Shown piece by piece: positions 1-9,596 of a stretch of 64,000 nt of DNA. A program made the position numbers and the translations under genes. The notes beneath the pieces are model-generated. The model ran no database searches. It worked only from the letters and a program-made list of their open reading frames with translations, and was not told the DNA's origin. Origin of the DNA: Shigella phage JK23; sequence record MK962752; one strand, given 5' to 3'. The first letter of the stretch is position 1. Each line of letters begins with the position of its first letter.

Positions 1-659
1 ACCGCGAAGTTGTTGATTGGATTAACTACTCCGCTCAGGTTGGTAAATCTGGTATGACCCTGACTCCGGGTTCTAAAGCTGGTGTATTTGACTTCCAGGA
101 CCCAATCGATATTCGTGGTGCTCGCTGGGCAGGTGAATCCTTTAAAGCTCTGTTGTTCCAGATTGACAAAGAAGCAGTTGAAATTGCTCGTCAGACTGGT
201 CGCGGCGAAGGTAACTTCATTATCGCTTCCCGTAACGTAGTTAACGTTCTGGCTTCAGTTGATACCGGCATTTCTTATGCTGCACAAGGTCTGGCTACTG
301 GCTTTAACACTGATACTACCAAGTCAGTATTTGCTGGTGTTCTGGGTGGTAAATACCGTGTATATATCGACCAGTATGCTAAACAGGATTATTTCACCGT
401 AGGTTATAAAGGTCCGAACGAAATGGATGCTGGTATTTACTATGCTCCATATGTAGCTCTGACTCCGCTGCGTGGTTCTGATCCGAAGAACTTCCAACCG
501 GTAATGGGATTCAAAACTCGTTACGGTATCGGTATCAACCCATTTGCAGAATCCGCTGCTCAGGCTCCGGCTTCTCGCATCCAGAGCGGTATGCCTTCTA
601 TTCTGAATAGCCTTGGTAAAAACGCTTACTTCCGCCGTGTATATGTTAAAGGTATCTAA
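1..659 (+). CDS. 23: major capsid protein gp23, C-terminal part (5' end lies outside window)
   Basis: Open frame from window edge, in frame with ORF 54..659; C-terminal ~200 aa match T4 gp23 from memory; followed by hairpin terminator. Confidence 0.85.
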   Translation, partial: REVVDWINYSAQVGKSGMTLTPGSKAGVFDFQDPIDIRGARWAGESFKALLFQIDKEAVEIARQTGRGEGNFIIASRNVVNVLASVDTGISYAAQGLATGFNTDTTKSVFAGVLGGKYRVYIDQYAKQDYFTVGYKGPNEMDAGIYYAPYVALTPLRGSDPKNFQPVMGFKTRYGIGINPFAESAAQAPASRIQSGMPSILNSLGKNAYFRRVYVKGI

Positions 660-672
660 TCTTTGACGATTT

Positions 673-705
673 AAGGGACCTTCGGGTCCCTTTAGTTGTT
701 TTTAT
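673..705 (+). terminator. rho-independent terminator after gene 23
   Basis: agggacc-ttcg-ggtccct hairpin followed by T-rich run. Confidence 0.7.
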
Positions 706-707
706 GG

Positions 708-715
708 TATAAATA
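708..715 (+). promoter_or_regulatory. T4-type late promoter (TATAAATA) for gene 24
   Basis: Exact TATAAATA ~28 nt upstream of the gene 24 ATG, then AGGAAAG Shine-Dalgarno. Confidence 0.7.
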
Positions 716-742
716 AATCATATAAACTGAAAGGAAAGCGCA

Positions 743-2026
743 ATGGCTAAAATCAACGAACTTCTGCGCGAATCAACCACAACGAATAGCAACTCAATCG
801 GTCGCCCAAATCTCGTTGCTTTGACTCGCGCTACCACTAAATTAATATATTCTGACATTGTAGCAACGCAAAGAACTAATCAACCTGTTGCTGCTTTTTA
901 TGGTATCAAATACCTTAACCCGGATAACGAATTTACATTTAAAACTGGTGCTACTTACGCCGGCGAAGCTGGATATGTAGACCGAGAACAAATCACAGAA
1001 TTAACAGAAGAGTCTAAATTAACTCTCAATAAGGGCGATTTATTCAAATATAATAATATCGTTTATAAAGTATTAGAAGATACACCATTTGCTGATATTG
1101 AAGAAAGCGATTTAGAATTAGCTCTTCAGATTGCAATTGTTCTTTTAAAGGTTCGTCTATTTTCTGACGCAGCGTCAACAAGCAAATTTGAAAGCTCTGA
1201 TAGTGAAATTGCGGATGCTAGATTCCAGATTAATAAATGGCAAACCGCAGTTAAATCTCGTAAACTTAAAACTGGTATCACAGTTGAATTAGCACAAGAT
1301 TTAGAAGCAAATGGATTCGATGCTCCTAATTTCTTGGAAGATTTGCTTGCAACTGAAATGGCAGATGAAATCAATAAAGATATTCTGCAGTCTTTGATTA
1401 CAGTGTCAAAACGCTATAAAGTTACAGGAATTACTGATACTGGATTCATCGATTTGAGTTATGCATCTGCACCTGAAGCTGGTCGTTCATTATACCGAAT
1501 GGTATGTGAAATGGTTTCGCATATCCAAAAAGAATCAACTTATACAGCAACGTTCTGTGTTGCTTCAGCTCGTGCTGCTGCGATTCTTGCTGCATCAGGT
1601 TGGTTAAAACATAAACCAGAAGATGATAAATATCTTTCACAAAATGCCTATGGGTTCTTAGCTAATGGTTTACCGCTTTATTGCGATACTAACAGCCCAT
1701 TAGATTATGTAATCGTTGGTGTAGTAGAAAATATCGGTGAAAAAGAAATTGTTGGATCAATTTTCTATGCTCCGTATACAGAAGGTCTTGACTTAGATGA
1801 CCCTGAACATGTAGGTGCATTTAAAGTTGTAGTTGACCCAGAAAGTTTGCAGCCATCTATCGGTTTATTAGTTAGATATGCTTTATCAGCAAATCCTTAC
1901 ACTGTAGCAAAAGATGAAAAAGAAGCAAGAATAATTGATGGTGGAGACATGGATAAAATGGCGGGTCGTTCAGATTTGTCTGTTTTATTAGGTGTTAAGC
2001 TACCAAAAATTATCGTTGATGAATAA
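743..2026 (+). CDS. 24: head vertex protein gp24
   Basis: 427-aa ORF directly after gene 23; capsid-fold paralog of gp23, matches T4 gp24 from memory. Confidence 0.9.
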   Translation: MAKINELLRESTTTNSNSIGRPNLVALTRATTKLIYSDIVATQRTNQPVAAFYGIKYLNPDNEFTFKTGATYAGEAGYVDREQITELTEESKLTLNKGDLFKYNNIVYKVLEDTPFADIEESDLELALQIAIVLLKVRLFSDAASTSKFESSDSEIADARFQINKWQTAVKSRKLKTGITVELAQDLEANGFDAPNFLEDLLATEMADEINKDILQSLITVSKRYKVTGITDTGFIDLSYASAPEAGRSLYRMVCEMVSHIQKESTYTATFCVASARAAAILAASGWLKHKPEDDKYLSQNAYGFLANGLPLYCDTNSPLDYVIVGVVENIGEKEIVGSIFYAPYTEGLDLDDPEHVGAFKVVVDPESLQPSIGLLVRYALSANPYTVAKDEKEARIIDGGDMDKMAGRSDLSVLLGVKLPKIIVDE

Positions 2027-2028
2027 AA

Positions 2029-2056
2029 CAAAGGGACCTTTCGGTCCCTTTTTATT
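2029..2056. terminator. bidirectional hairpin terminator between convergent genes 24 and rnlB
   Basis: aagggacc-tttc-ggtccctt hairpin flanked by A/T runs on both sides. Confidence 0.65.
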
Positions 2057-3060
2057 TAACTTACCAATTCAATCCAAGCCGGACGAAGTACATCTTGTAC
2101 CATTTTAACTAATTCCTTTTTAACCAAAGAAGGATTATCTGCTTGAGTTAGAGTAATACCTTCACGAGAAGTTTCTTCCAAAATATCTTGAACAGTTAGT
2201 CCCATCACCTTTCCAAAATCCTTCGTACCAATTTCACCAATTTTAGAAATAACGTTATTTACTCGGTTCAGTGTAACGTAGCAAGCTAAAATTCCCACCA
2301 ATTTGTTATCAGCTTCTGATAGTTCAACTTTAGCTTTAATAGGCTTATCAGACTTTTTCTTTTCACTAAATTTGGAATTCTTGCATTTGATGGCTACACG
2401 ATTTCCATTATGAAGCCAAGAAGGATAACAAGGTTTCAATACATATCCTTCAGCGGTAAATACTTCGCCTTTGGCTTCAGCTTTCCAAACACATTTGTTA
2501 GCGTCAACTAATCCAGCATGGTCTACTGTAAAATTATAATCTTGGACGACAGAATCTAAATCATTTGGCAATTTAATAAGTTCTTCAAATTTACCACGAC
2601 CTAAAAGTGGAGCCATTTTAAATTTAAATGTATTACAAAATGATTCCATCATATAATCATCGACATAAGTCACATCACCACTTTCTGTAGTGACAATAAT
2701 GTCAAATACATAAAAATCTTTATCGCCATAATCGACATTCTTCTGAATGCCAGGTCCAGCGAATTCGCCAAAGACTTGATAAGATACAACCGCTGAGGTT
2801 TCCATAATATCTTGTACTGCTTTAATAGAATCTTCGTAATTCTTTAGAATAATTTCATACCCAAAGAAATCTTCAGCAGGAAGAATCGGTCCAGTACGTT
2901 TAGCGCAAGTTACTTTATCACGCTCAATAATCAATGAGAAATTTGTGCCGTGAATCTTTTCACGAGCTACCCACTCCCCACCAGTCAATCCCAAGCTATA
3001 AAGTTTTTCAATAAATTTAGAGTTGTAATGATTTTCAAGACTGCTATACTTTTTAAACAT
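2056..3060 (-). CDS. rnlB: RNA ligase 2 (Rnl2)
   Basis: 334 aa; near-identical to T4 Rnl2 as remembered, including N-terminal [16 protein letters not shown] and KIHGTN ligase motif I. Confidence 0.92.
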   Translation of the reverse strand: MFKKYSSLENHYNSKFIEKLYSLGLTGGEWVAREKIHGTNFSLIIERDKVTCAKRTGPILPAEDFFGYEIILKNYEDSIKAVQDIMETSAVVSYQVFGEFAGPGIQKNVDYGDKDFYVFDIIVTTESGDVTYVDDYMMESFCNTFKFKMAPLLGRGKFEELIKLPNDLDSVVQDYNFTVDHAGLVDANKCVWKAEAKGEVFTAEGYVLKPCYPSWLHNGNRVAIKCKNSKFSEKKKSDKPIKAKVELSEADNKLVGILACYVTLNRVNNVISKIGEIGTKDFGKVMGLTVQDILEETSREGITLTQADNPSLVKKELVKMVQDVLRPAWIELVS

Positions 3061-3069
3061 AATTAATCC

Positions 3070-3348
3070 TCAAAATGTAATTTCTAACCAATCACCATCA
3101 CGCTGATCACTATTGACTTTAAAGCTGAATCCTTCTTTTCTCAGCCAATCACCAATTTCTTCAGTAATCAATTTATCACGAGCAATACAATAATAACTAA
3201 AATGTGTTTTACCTTGTTCAGCTGCTTTATTAGCAAGTTCCGAAAAATCTTTAATAAAACACTCTAGCTTAAACTGTTTACTTTTAAGTGCTTTTTCGCG
3301 CAATTGATTAGCAAAAGATTCATTTTCATAAAGATCATACTGTTCCAT
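3070..3348 (-). CDS. hypothetical protein (T4 24.2 position)
   Basis: 92-aa ATG ORF in conserved position between rnlB and hoc. Confidence 0.6.
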   Translation of the reverse strand: MEQYDLYENESFANQLREKALKSKQFKLECFIKDFSELANKAAEQGKTHFSYYCIARDKLITEEIGDWLRKEGFSFKVNSDQRDGDWLEITF

Positions 3349-3550
3349 TTTTCACCTTTTTATTGATATGTCTTTTTCTATAGACGACTTTTTCTCGAGT
3401 TTCAAATTTATTTTTAGCAGTCATAGCTCGAGCCCATAATACAGCCACTTCTTTTGCCTGTAAGTTTAATTCACGAGCAATTTCAATGAATGACTTTCCA
3501 GACTCATGAAGAGTAAACACCACAACCTCAGTTCTCATAATCAATCTCAT
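3335..3550 (-). CDS. hypothetical protein (T4 24.3 position)
   Basis: 71-aa ATG ORF overlapping upstream gene by a few codons. Confidence 0.55.
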   Translation of the reverse strand: MRLIMRTEVVVFTLHESGKSFIEIARELNLQAKEVAVLWARAMTAKNKFETREKVVYRKRHINKKVKNGTV

Positions 3551-3639
3551 GTTATCGAGTTGGTGCCATTATATACATCATTTTCTGATTGTGTTTTGTG
3601 TGCTTTCAAAATGAAGAAAGGGGCCGAAGCCCCTTATGA

Positions 3640-5058
3640 TTATGGATAGGTATAGATGATACCAGTTTCTAAAGCAGTTTTATGAATGATGTATCCATTA
3701 CGCGATTCTTGAACATCAACTTCTGGATAGTCTTTCATCATCTTCTGAAGAGTGTAACGATGTAGGTAATATTTACTATCTGGGTCGTCAGTTTTCCAAT
3801 CTTTACCTTCTTCGGTCATTTTTTGGATTTCATCCATAACCCACCAACCGCACCAGATATAAGCTGAAGTACGATGTGGAAGAGGATGAACATAAGGTAG
3901 TTCACCTTCTGGTTCTGGAGCAACTTTATCAGTTACCTGAACTTGACCTTCTGCTGTAATAGTTTTGCTATCGTAATCAGTTGCAGTAACGACAGCAGTA
4001 ACTTCAATAGTTTGACTTCCAACAGATGAGGTATCGACAGTATATACGTTAGTTGACCCTTCTACAGGAGAAGAATCTTTCTTCCATGAGTAAGTAATTT
4101 GTGCTTCTTCTGGAGCACCCGTAACATTAGCCGTAAATGTAGCCGAAGCATCTTGCTGAACATTAATAGAAGGAGGAGTCAATGTAACCTGTGGATTCAT
4201 TGTCTTCTTATTAACTGTCAATGATACTTCATTAGAAGTAACTTCCTTTTCATTGTAATTTTCAGCAGTTACTTGAGCTACGCATTTAATTCTTTTTACT
4301 CCACTTGTAGTTGGAGTATAGTTAAATGTAGAGTTAGTTTCTCCACCAATTTGTGAATCATCTACATACCACTGATACGTAGCAGACGCTCCATCAGGTT
4401 GAGAAGCTAAGGCAGCAGTAAATTGAACTGGGGTTCCGATTACTCCCGCTGGAGGACTATCAGGAGTTACTGCCAAAGTAGTTGTCTGCGTCTTTTTATT
4501 AACAGTCAGTGACACTTCATTGGAAGTAACTTCCTTTGTATCATAATCTGTCGCGGTTACTTGAGCTACGCACTTAATTGTTTTAACTCCGCTTGCGTCA
4601 GGAGTGTAATTGAATGTAGTGCTAGTTGCTTCGCCCACAGGAGAACCGTCAACGTACCATTGATACGTAGCGTTTGCACCTGATGGCTGTGAAGCTAAGG
4701 CAGCGGTAAATTCAATTGGAGTTCCAATCACTCCAGCATCAGGGCTACCAGGAGTTACTGCCAAAGTAGTTGTTTGTGTCTTATTTTGAACTGTGATAGT
4801 TGTACTAATTTCAGCTGTTTCAGGTTCAGATTCTGCAACTTGATTGGTTGCAACTACTTTAATAGTCTTTTGACCGGCAGGTCCTTTTAGTACATAACTA
4901 AAAGTTGCTGACGTTTCTTCCTGTGGAGCGTCGTCTACAGTCCAAGCATATGTAATAGTTCCGCCTCCAGTTTCACCACTGGGTGTAGCAGTAAACTGCT
5001 TAGTTTCATCAATAACCCCTGTCGGTGTTTTAGGAGTTATATCAACTGTAAAAGTCAT
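3640..5058 (-). CDS. hoc: highly immunogenic outer capsid protein Hoc with four Ig-like domains
   Basis: 472 aa; N-terminus MTFTVDITPKTPTGVIDETKQF and C-terminal capsid-binding domain as in T4 Hoc; two adjacent ~96-aa Ig-like units nearly identical. Confidence 0.9.
   Translation of the reverse strand: MTFTVDITPKTPTGVIDETKQFTATPSGETGGGTITYAWTVDDAPQEETSATFSYVLKGPAGQKTIKVVATNQVAESEPETAEISTTITVQNKTQTTTLAVTPGSPDAGVIGTPIEFTAALASQPSGANATYQWYVDGSPVGEATSTTFNYTPDASGVKTIKCVAQVTATDYDTKEVTSNEVSLTVNKKTQTTTLAVTPDSPPAGVIGTPVQFTAALASQPDGASATYQWYVDDSQIGGETNSTFNYTPTTSGVKRIKCVAQVTAENYNEKEVTSNEVSLTVNKKTMNPQVTLTPPSINVQQDASATFTANVTGAPEEAQITYSWKKDSSPVEGSTNVYTVDTSSVGSQTIEVTAVVTATDYDSKTITAEGQVQVTDKVAPEPEGELPYVHPLPHRTSAYIWCGWWVMDEIQKMTEEGKDWKTDDPDSKYYLHRYTLQKMMKDYPEVDVQESRNGYIIHKTALETGIIYTYP
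4208..4783 (-). repeat. in-frame tandem repeat (2 x 288 bp, diverged copies) inside hoc
   Basis: Unit at 4208-4495 aligns with 4496-4783; encodes duplicated Ig-like domain. Confidence 0.8.
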
Positions 5059-5067
5059 AAGTTATCC

Positions 5068-5748
5068 TTATTTTAATGTTACGAAAGAAGAATTACGTGT
5101 TTCACGAATTAGAACTGATCCGTCACGATTAATGTAGTAAATTAAGCTAAATAAAGTTTGGTGTGCCGACGCATGTTCAAAACTAGTTGGGTGAGATTTC
5201 CAATCTGGGGTTTCAGCAATCCATTGATAAATCCACCAAGGAACAGTGCAGAATCCTGGATTTTTTCCAATCAGCTGAAGATTCGGACTAAAGTTTTCCG
5301 GAAGAGTAAATACAGACGGCTTTTCAGATTCAATAATCTCAGCTACAGCCTGTTCGAATTTTTCTTCAACAAAAGGAGTATCTTCAATTAAAACAGTGGT
5401 ATTTTCAGGAATTTTATCCGTTTCTACTACTTCAATTTTAATGTCAGATTTAACCGGAGAATCAATCAAAAGTGCTGCCTCTGGATTGACTTCTTCATCG
5501 TCATATTTTAATCCGTCTGCGGCATCAGCAGCATCAATTAAGTCTTTAATAGATAACCCATCAGTCTCTGGCATAGGTTCACTAGCGAGCTTCTGGAGAG
5601 CTTCTTCAATATCATTAACGATATTATCAAAAGATTTATTCTTTTTGACCTTTATACCAAACTGTTCAGCATATTCAGCTAATTTAGCTTTAGCTTCTTT
5701 ATTATCATCAAGAGCCTTCAGCTCTGCAATATAATCTTTATCTATCAT
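5068..5748 (-). CDS. inh: inhibitor of prohead protease (Inh)
   Basis: 226-aa acidic ORF immediately downstream of hoc, as in T4. Confidence 0.75.
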   Translation of the reverse strand: MIDKDYIAELKALDDNKEAKAKLAEYAEQFGIKVKKNKSFDNIVNDIEEALQKLASEPMPETDGLSIKDLIDAADAADGLKYDDEEVNPEAALLIDSPVKSDIKIEVVETDKIPENTTVLIEDTPFVEEKFEQAVAEIIESEKPSVFTLPENFSPNLQLIGKNPGFCTVPWWIYQWIAETPDWKSHPTSFEHASAHQTLFSLIYYINRDGSVLIRETRNSSFVTLK

Positions 5749-5761
5749 AATATTTCCTCAG

Positions 5762-5769
5762 TATAAATA
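5762..5769 (+). promoter_or_regulatory. T4-type late promoter (TATAAATA) for uvsW
   Basis: Exact TATAAATA ~30 nt upstream of uvsW ATG. Confidence 0.6.
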
Positions 5770-5798
5770 TAGATATATTTATTACATGGTATTTAGAC

Positions 5799-7310
5799 AT
5801 GACTGACATTAAAGTACATTTTTATGATTTTAGTCACGTGAGAATTGATTGCGAAGAAAGTACATTTCATGAACTCCGTGATTTCTTTAGCTTTGAAGCT
5901 GATGGGTATCGTTTTAATCCGAAGTACAAATATGGCCACTGGGATGGACGAATTCGTCTTTTAGATTATAATCGCCTTCTTCCATTCGGTTTAGTCGGGC
6001 AAATTAAAAAGTTCTGCGATAACTTTGGCTATAAAGCCTGGATTGACCCACAGATTAACGAAAAAGAAGAATTATCAAGAAAAGATTTTGATGAATGGCT
6101 TTCTAAATTAGAAATCTATTCAGGAAATAAAAGAATTGAACCGCATTGGTATCAAAAAGATGCAGTGTTCGAAGGATTAGTTAATCGTCGTAGAATTCTT
6201 AATCTTCCAACATCCGCAGGTAAATCTTTAATTCAAGCTTTGCTTGCTCGGTATTATTTGGAAAATTATGAAGGCAAAATTCTTATCATTGTTCCAACAA
6301 CTGCTCTAACAACTCAGATGGCTGATGACTTCGTTGACTATCGTTTATTCAGTCATGCAATGATAAAGAAAATTGGTGGCGGAGCATCAAAAGATGATAA
6401 ATATAAAAATGATGCACCAGTCGTTGTTGGTACATGGCAAACTGTAGTAAAACAACCGAAAGAATGGTTCTCACAGTTTGGAATGATGATGAATGATGAA
6501 TGCCATCTTGCTACAGGAAAAAGTATTTCATCTATCATATCAGGTTTAAATAACTGCATGTTCAAATTTGGTCTATCTGGTTCATTACGTGATGGCAAAG
6601 CCAATATCATGCAGTATGTTGGAATGTTTGGTGAAATATTTAAGCCAGTAACGACTTCTAAGTTAATGGAAGATGGACAAGTAACTGAGCTAAAAATTAA
6701 TAGTATTTTTCTTCGCTATCCCGATGAGTTCACTACTAAATTAAAGGGAAAAACTTATCAAGAAGAAATAAAAATTATTACGGGGCTTAGTAAAAGAAAT
6801 AAATGGATCGCTAAATTGGCTATTAAGCTTGCACAAAAAGATGAAAACGCTTTTGTCATGTTTAAACATGTATCACATGGTAAAGCTATTTTCGATTTAA
6901 TTAAAAATGAATACGATAAAGTTTATTACGTATCAGGGGAAGTTGATACCGAAACCCGCAATATAATGAAAACCTTAGCTGAAAATGGTAAAGGAATAAT
7001 TATAGTAGCTAGTTATGGTGTATTTTCTACTGGTATTTCAGTTAAAAATCTGCATCACGTTGTTTTAGCACACGGTGTTAAATCTAAAATTATTGTATTG
7101 CAAACAATAGGTCGCGTATTACGTAAACATGGTTCTAAAACAATCGCAACAGTCTGGGACCTCATAGATGACTGTGGTGTCAAGCCAAAATCTGCTAATA
7201 CTAAAAAGAAATATGTTCACTTGAACTATCTTTTAAAACACGGCATTGATCGTATTCAGCGCTACGCAGATGAAAAATTTAATTACGTAATGAAAACAGT
7301 TAATTTATAA
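5799..7310 (+). CDS. uvsW: UvsW RNA-DNA and DNA-DNA helicase
   Basis: 503 aa; SF2 helicase motifs (PTSAGKS Walker A, DECH box); matches T4 UvsW. Confidence 0.92.
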   Translation: MTDIKVHFYDFSHVRIDCEESTFHELRDFFSFEADGYRFNPKYKYGHWDGRIRLLDYNRLLPFGLVGQIKKFCDNFGYKAWIDPQINEKEELSRKDFDEWLSKLEIYSGNKRIEPHWYQKDAVFEGLVNRRRILNLPTSAGKSLIQALLARYYLENYEGKILIIVPTTALTTQMADDFVDYRLFSHAMIKKIGGGASKDDKYKNDAPVVVGTWQTVVKQPKEWFSQFGMMMNDECHLATGKSISSIISGLNNCMFKFGLSGSLRDGKANIMQYVGMFGEIFKPVTTSKLMEDGQVTELKINSIFLRYPDEFTTKLKGKTYQEEIKIITGLSKRNKWIAKLAIKLAQKDENAFVMFKHVSHGKAIFDLIKNEYDKVYYVSGEVDTETRNIMKTLAENGKGIIIVASYGVFSTGISVKNLHHVVLAHGVKSKIIVLQTIGRVLRKHGSKTIATVWDLIDDCGVKPKSANTKKKYVHLNYLLKHGIDRIQRYADEKFNYVMKTVNL

Positions 7311-7335
7311 GGGCTTCGGCCCTTTGGAGAAAAAG

Positions 7336-7566
7336 ATGTTACTAGAATTTAAACAATTTCTTTATGAAGCTTCTATTGATGAATTTATGGGTAAAATTGC
7401 CTCTTGTCAAACATTAGAAGGTTTAGAAGAACTTGAAGCTTATTATAAGAAAAGAGTTAAAGAAACTGAATTAAAAGATACTGATGACATCTCAGTCAGA
7501 GATGCTTTGGCAGGAAAAAGAGCTGAATTAGAAGATTCAGACGATGAAGTAGAAGAAAGCTTTTAA
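7336..7566 (+). CDS. uvsW.1: UvsW.1 small acidic protein
   Basis: Track ORF begins with TTG at 7324; first ATG with GGAGAAAAAG Shine-Dalgarno at 7336 gives 76 aa. Confidence 0.7.
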   Translation: MLLEFKQFLYEASIDEFMGKIASCQTLEGLEELEAYYKKRVKETELKDTDDISVRDALAGKRAELEDSDDEVEESF

Positions 7567-7621
7567 ATTAAAAAAGGCCCAACCAAAAAGGAAGGGCCAA
7601 AACTATAGACTAAAGGTCACA

Positions 7622-7789
7622 CTATAGCAAAAGTTGCGTTTCATTTAATTGTTCTTCCGAACTTTCTGAAACTGGTAGTTCTTTAATGTAATTATAGCAA
7701 GGCCCAGGATGTACAGGACCTTTGTCTGTTTCAACAACCAATGCAGAATCGATTGGAGTTTTACAGACAACACAAATCTTATCTGACAT
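7622..7789 (-). CDS. small Cys-containing protein (T4 uvsY.-2 position), 55 aa
   Basis: ATG preceded by GAGGAG Shine-Dalgarno; below the 60-aa track threshold; CxxC...C pattern. Confidence 0.55.
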   Translation of the reverse strand: MSDKICVVCKTPIDSALVVETDKGPVHPGPCYNYIKELPVSESSEEQLNETQLLL

Positions 7790-7817
7790 GATTGTCTCCT
7801 CTGAATTATATATCTAT

Positions 7818-8042
7818 TTATACAACTCTCATATGCATATCAATGCCCATATCTTTAGAATAAAAATATTCATCAAGATATCCGGCAAATTTTCCTTTAA
7901 TATAAAGAACATCTTCACCGCACGGGTGGTCGGCCAGGATACGAATATCCTGACGCTTAAGATTATGCTTTTTCATTAAGAATTGAATTTCCGTTTCAAA
8001 TTCTTCTTCATAATTAAAAGCATCATCAATGTTATATCTCAT
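7818..8042 (-). CDS. hypothetical protein (T4 uvsY.-1 position)
   Basis: 74-aa ATG ORF; start overlaps uvsY stop. Confidence 0.7.
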   Translation of the reverse strand: MRYNIDDAFNYEEEFETEIQFLMKKHNLKRQDIRILADHPCGEDVLYIKGKFAGYLDEYFYSKDMGIDMHMRVV

Positions 8043-8455
8043 TATTTTCCAGCCTCAAATGCTCGCATGTCTTGAATATGCTTAATAGCAAATCCACGTG
8101 ATTTAATAGCATCAAGAGCTCCGCTACAGAAATCTAATAAAATCCCCCAATACTGTAACGAGGTATCAACTTTTAAAACATCCTTATCAGCTGATAGAAC
8201 TGTCTTCATTTCTGATTTCTCGTAACGATCCATACTAAATTCATCACCATCTCCTCGTCCCGAGTAGTAGTCTAATTTAGCTTTAAGAGCAACTTTTTTC
8301 TGTGCATCAATTCTAAGCATTTCCTTTTTAATACTTGAATGCTTATTAAGCCATTTACTATATAACATCACATTATTAGCTGCTTCATACTGTAATTTAG
8401 TCGAATCTATAAACACATCTTTCTTCAATTCTTCTTGAAGATCTTCTAATCTCAT
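8042..8455 (-). CDS. uvsY: UvsY recombination mediator
   Basis: 137 aa; matches T4 UvsY. Confidence 0.9.
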   Translation of the reverse strand: MRLEDLQEELKKDVFIDSTKLQYEAANNVMLYSKWLNKHSSIKKEMLRIDAQKKVALKAKLDYYSGRGDGDEFSMDRYEKSEMKTVLSADKDVLKVDTSLQYWGILLDFCSGALDAIKSRGFAIKHIQDMRAFEAGK

Positions 8456-8495
8456 ATTGTTCTCTATTCAATTGTTATTGGATGGACTTAGATTC

Positions 8496-8523
8496 ATTAT
8501 ACCACGTTTATACGTGAAGCATT
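8496..8523 (-). promoter_or_regulatory. MotA-dependent middle promoter for uvsY
   Basis: On minus strand: MotA box aaTGCTTCA, 13-nt spacer, TATAAT; ~40 nt upstream of uvsY ATG. Confidence 0.6.
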
Positions 8524-8920
8524 ATACTCTATTACTGGAAGCCAGTTGTAGTTTTATCTGCTCAATATCATCAGGGTTATCGATGACTGAAAAGCGTATT
8601 TCTACTATCAAAGTATAATCATCATAAACCGGTATTACATTAACTGCTAATTTATCAATACGTGGCTCATAGTTTCTTACTGCGCTTTCGATATTACGCT
8701 CAACCGTGTCAGCAGTAAGAGGAGTCATATTCTCAAAAAGTTGGTCAGATAAATCACATCCAAATTCAGGGTCAAACGGTCTTGAACCTTTTCTTGTTGT
8801 AATAATTCCTAAAAGACTATTTTTAATTGACCTTAATCCAAGTGATCTTGAAACGTCTTTGTTCCAATCCATTTTCATCTCTGGGTCAATATCAGAATAA
8901 AGCTTATTAATATTTGCCAT
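8522..8920 (-). CDS. 25: baseplate wedge protein gp25
   Basis: 132 aa; conserved position and sequence. Confidence 0.88.
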   Translation of the reverse strand: MANINKLYSDIDPEMKMDWNKDVSRSLGLRSIKNSLLGIITTRKGSRPFDPEFGCDLSDQLFENMTPLTADTVERNIESAVRNYEPRIDKLAVNVIPVYDDYTLIVEIRFSVIDNPDDIEQIKLQLASSNRV

Positions 8921-9546
8921 TACAATAGCTCAAAGAATTCTTTGAGTCCTCTTATTACATGAGCGTGAGTTTTTCCACACTCTGGACACTTAATTGGAAC
9001 AGCCAAATAAACAGTAGGCTTTAAAAGCATATCTTTTATAGCTACAATATCTGACTCTGTGATGATAGAATATAAATCTTCCAATTCTTTTTCATTTAAG
9101 TCTTCAACTGGAATGCTTTCACCGTTAGCATGAATCGTTTCTATACATGATACTATCATGTGGGCTATATTTTTATCATCAAAAATTTTAGGGTAATGGA
9201 ATTTAATTTTAATGTCACCCAGTGTATACCAGAGGTCTTCTGGTGCATCTATTTGTGCATGTAATAGATTTATATGGGTTGGTATTTCAGTTCCACAGGT
9301 GCACTTCCAGGAGTTTTCGTGATTAACTTCTCCAAGAGAATGTGCCCATAAATGAATCAACAATAGTTCTGATTCTTGGCGGTTTAAATCTTTTGCATTT
9401 GTGCAGTCTTTGATTAGCTTTTTAACAATTACTTCTACAGAACCATTATTTTTGGCAGTAATAAGTTCTAGATATTCTTTAAGCGTGAATGCGCGACAAT
9501 TGATTATTTTAGAACCAACTCTCACATCAAATTTGTATTCATACAT
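8920..9546 (-). CDS. 26: baseplate hub protein gp26
   Basis: 208 aa; adjacent to 25, divergent from 51. Confidence 0.85.
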   Translation of the reverse strand: MYEYKFDVRVGSKIINCRAFTLKEYLELITAKNNGSVEVIVKKLIKDCTNAKDLNRQESELLLIHLWAHSLGEVNHENSWKCTCGTEIPTHINLLHAQIDAPEDLWYTLGDIKIKFHYPKIFDDKNIAHMIVSCIETIHANGESIPVEDLNEKELEDLYSIITESDIVAIKDMLLKPTVYLAVPIKCPECGKTHAHVIRGLKEFFELL

Positions 9547-9567
9547 ATTTAGCTCCTTTATTTATCA

Positions 9568-9579
9568 TATTTATAAATA
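9568..9579. promoter_or_regulatory. overlapping divergent late promoters for genes 26 and 51
   Basis: tatttataaata reads TATAAATA on both strands (9568-9575 minus, 9572-9579 plus). Confidence 0.6.
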
Positions 9580-9596
9580 GAATAAAAGGAGCATCT

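Noticed and set aside
1126-1640. Antisense ORFs (82 and 64 aa) inside gene 24
   Set aside because: Fully nested opposite a conserved structural gene, no ribosome-binding site; typical six-frame noise. The same applies to nested ORFs at 5158-5734, 6353-6610, 11183-11377, 14496-14834, 16698-16925, 19663-20123, 21701-21937, 34047-34341, 35328-35696, 36190-36721, 41079-41345, 41722-42411, 43892-44421, 46143-46385, 50004-50201, 50489-50878, 51121-51990, 52539-52775, 57498-57833, 58505-59428 and 63315-63921.
4208-4783. hoc internal repeat as an assembly duplication like the one in gene 37
   Set aside because: The two 288-bp units differ at many positions and keep the reading frame, so this is an evolved domain duplication.
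7722-7979. 85-aa plus-strand ORF spanning the uvsY.-2/uvsY.-1 region
   Set aside because: Low-complexity Ile/Phe-rich translation opposite two minus-strand genes that have clear ribosome-binding sites.
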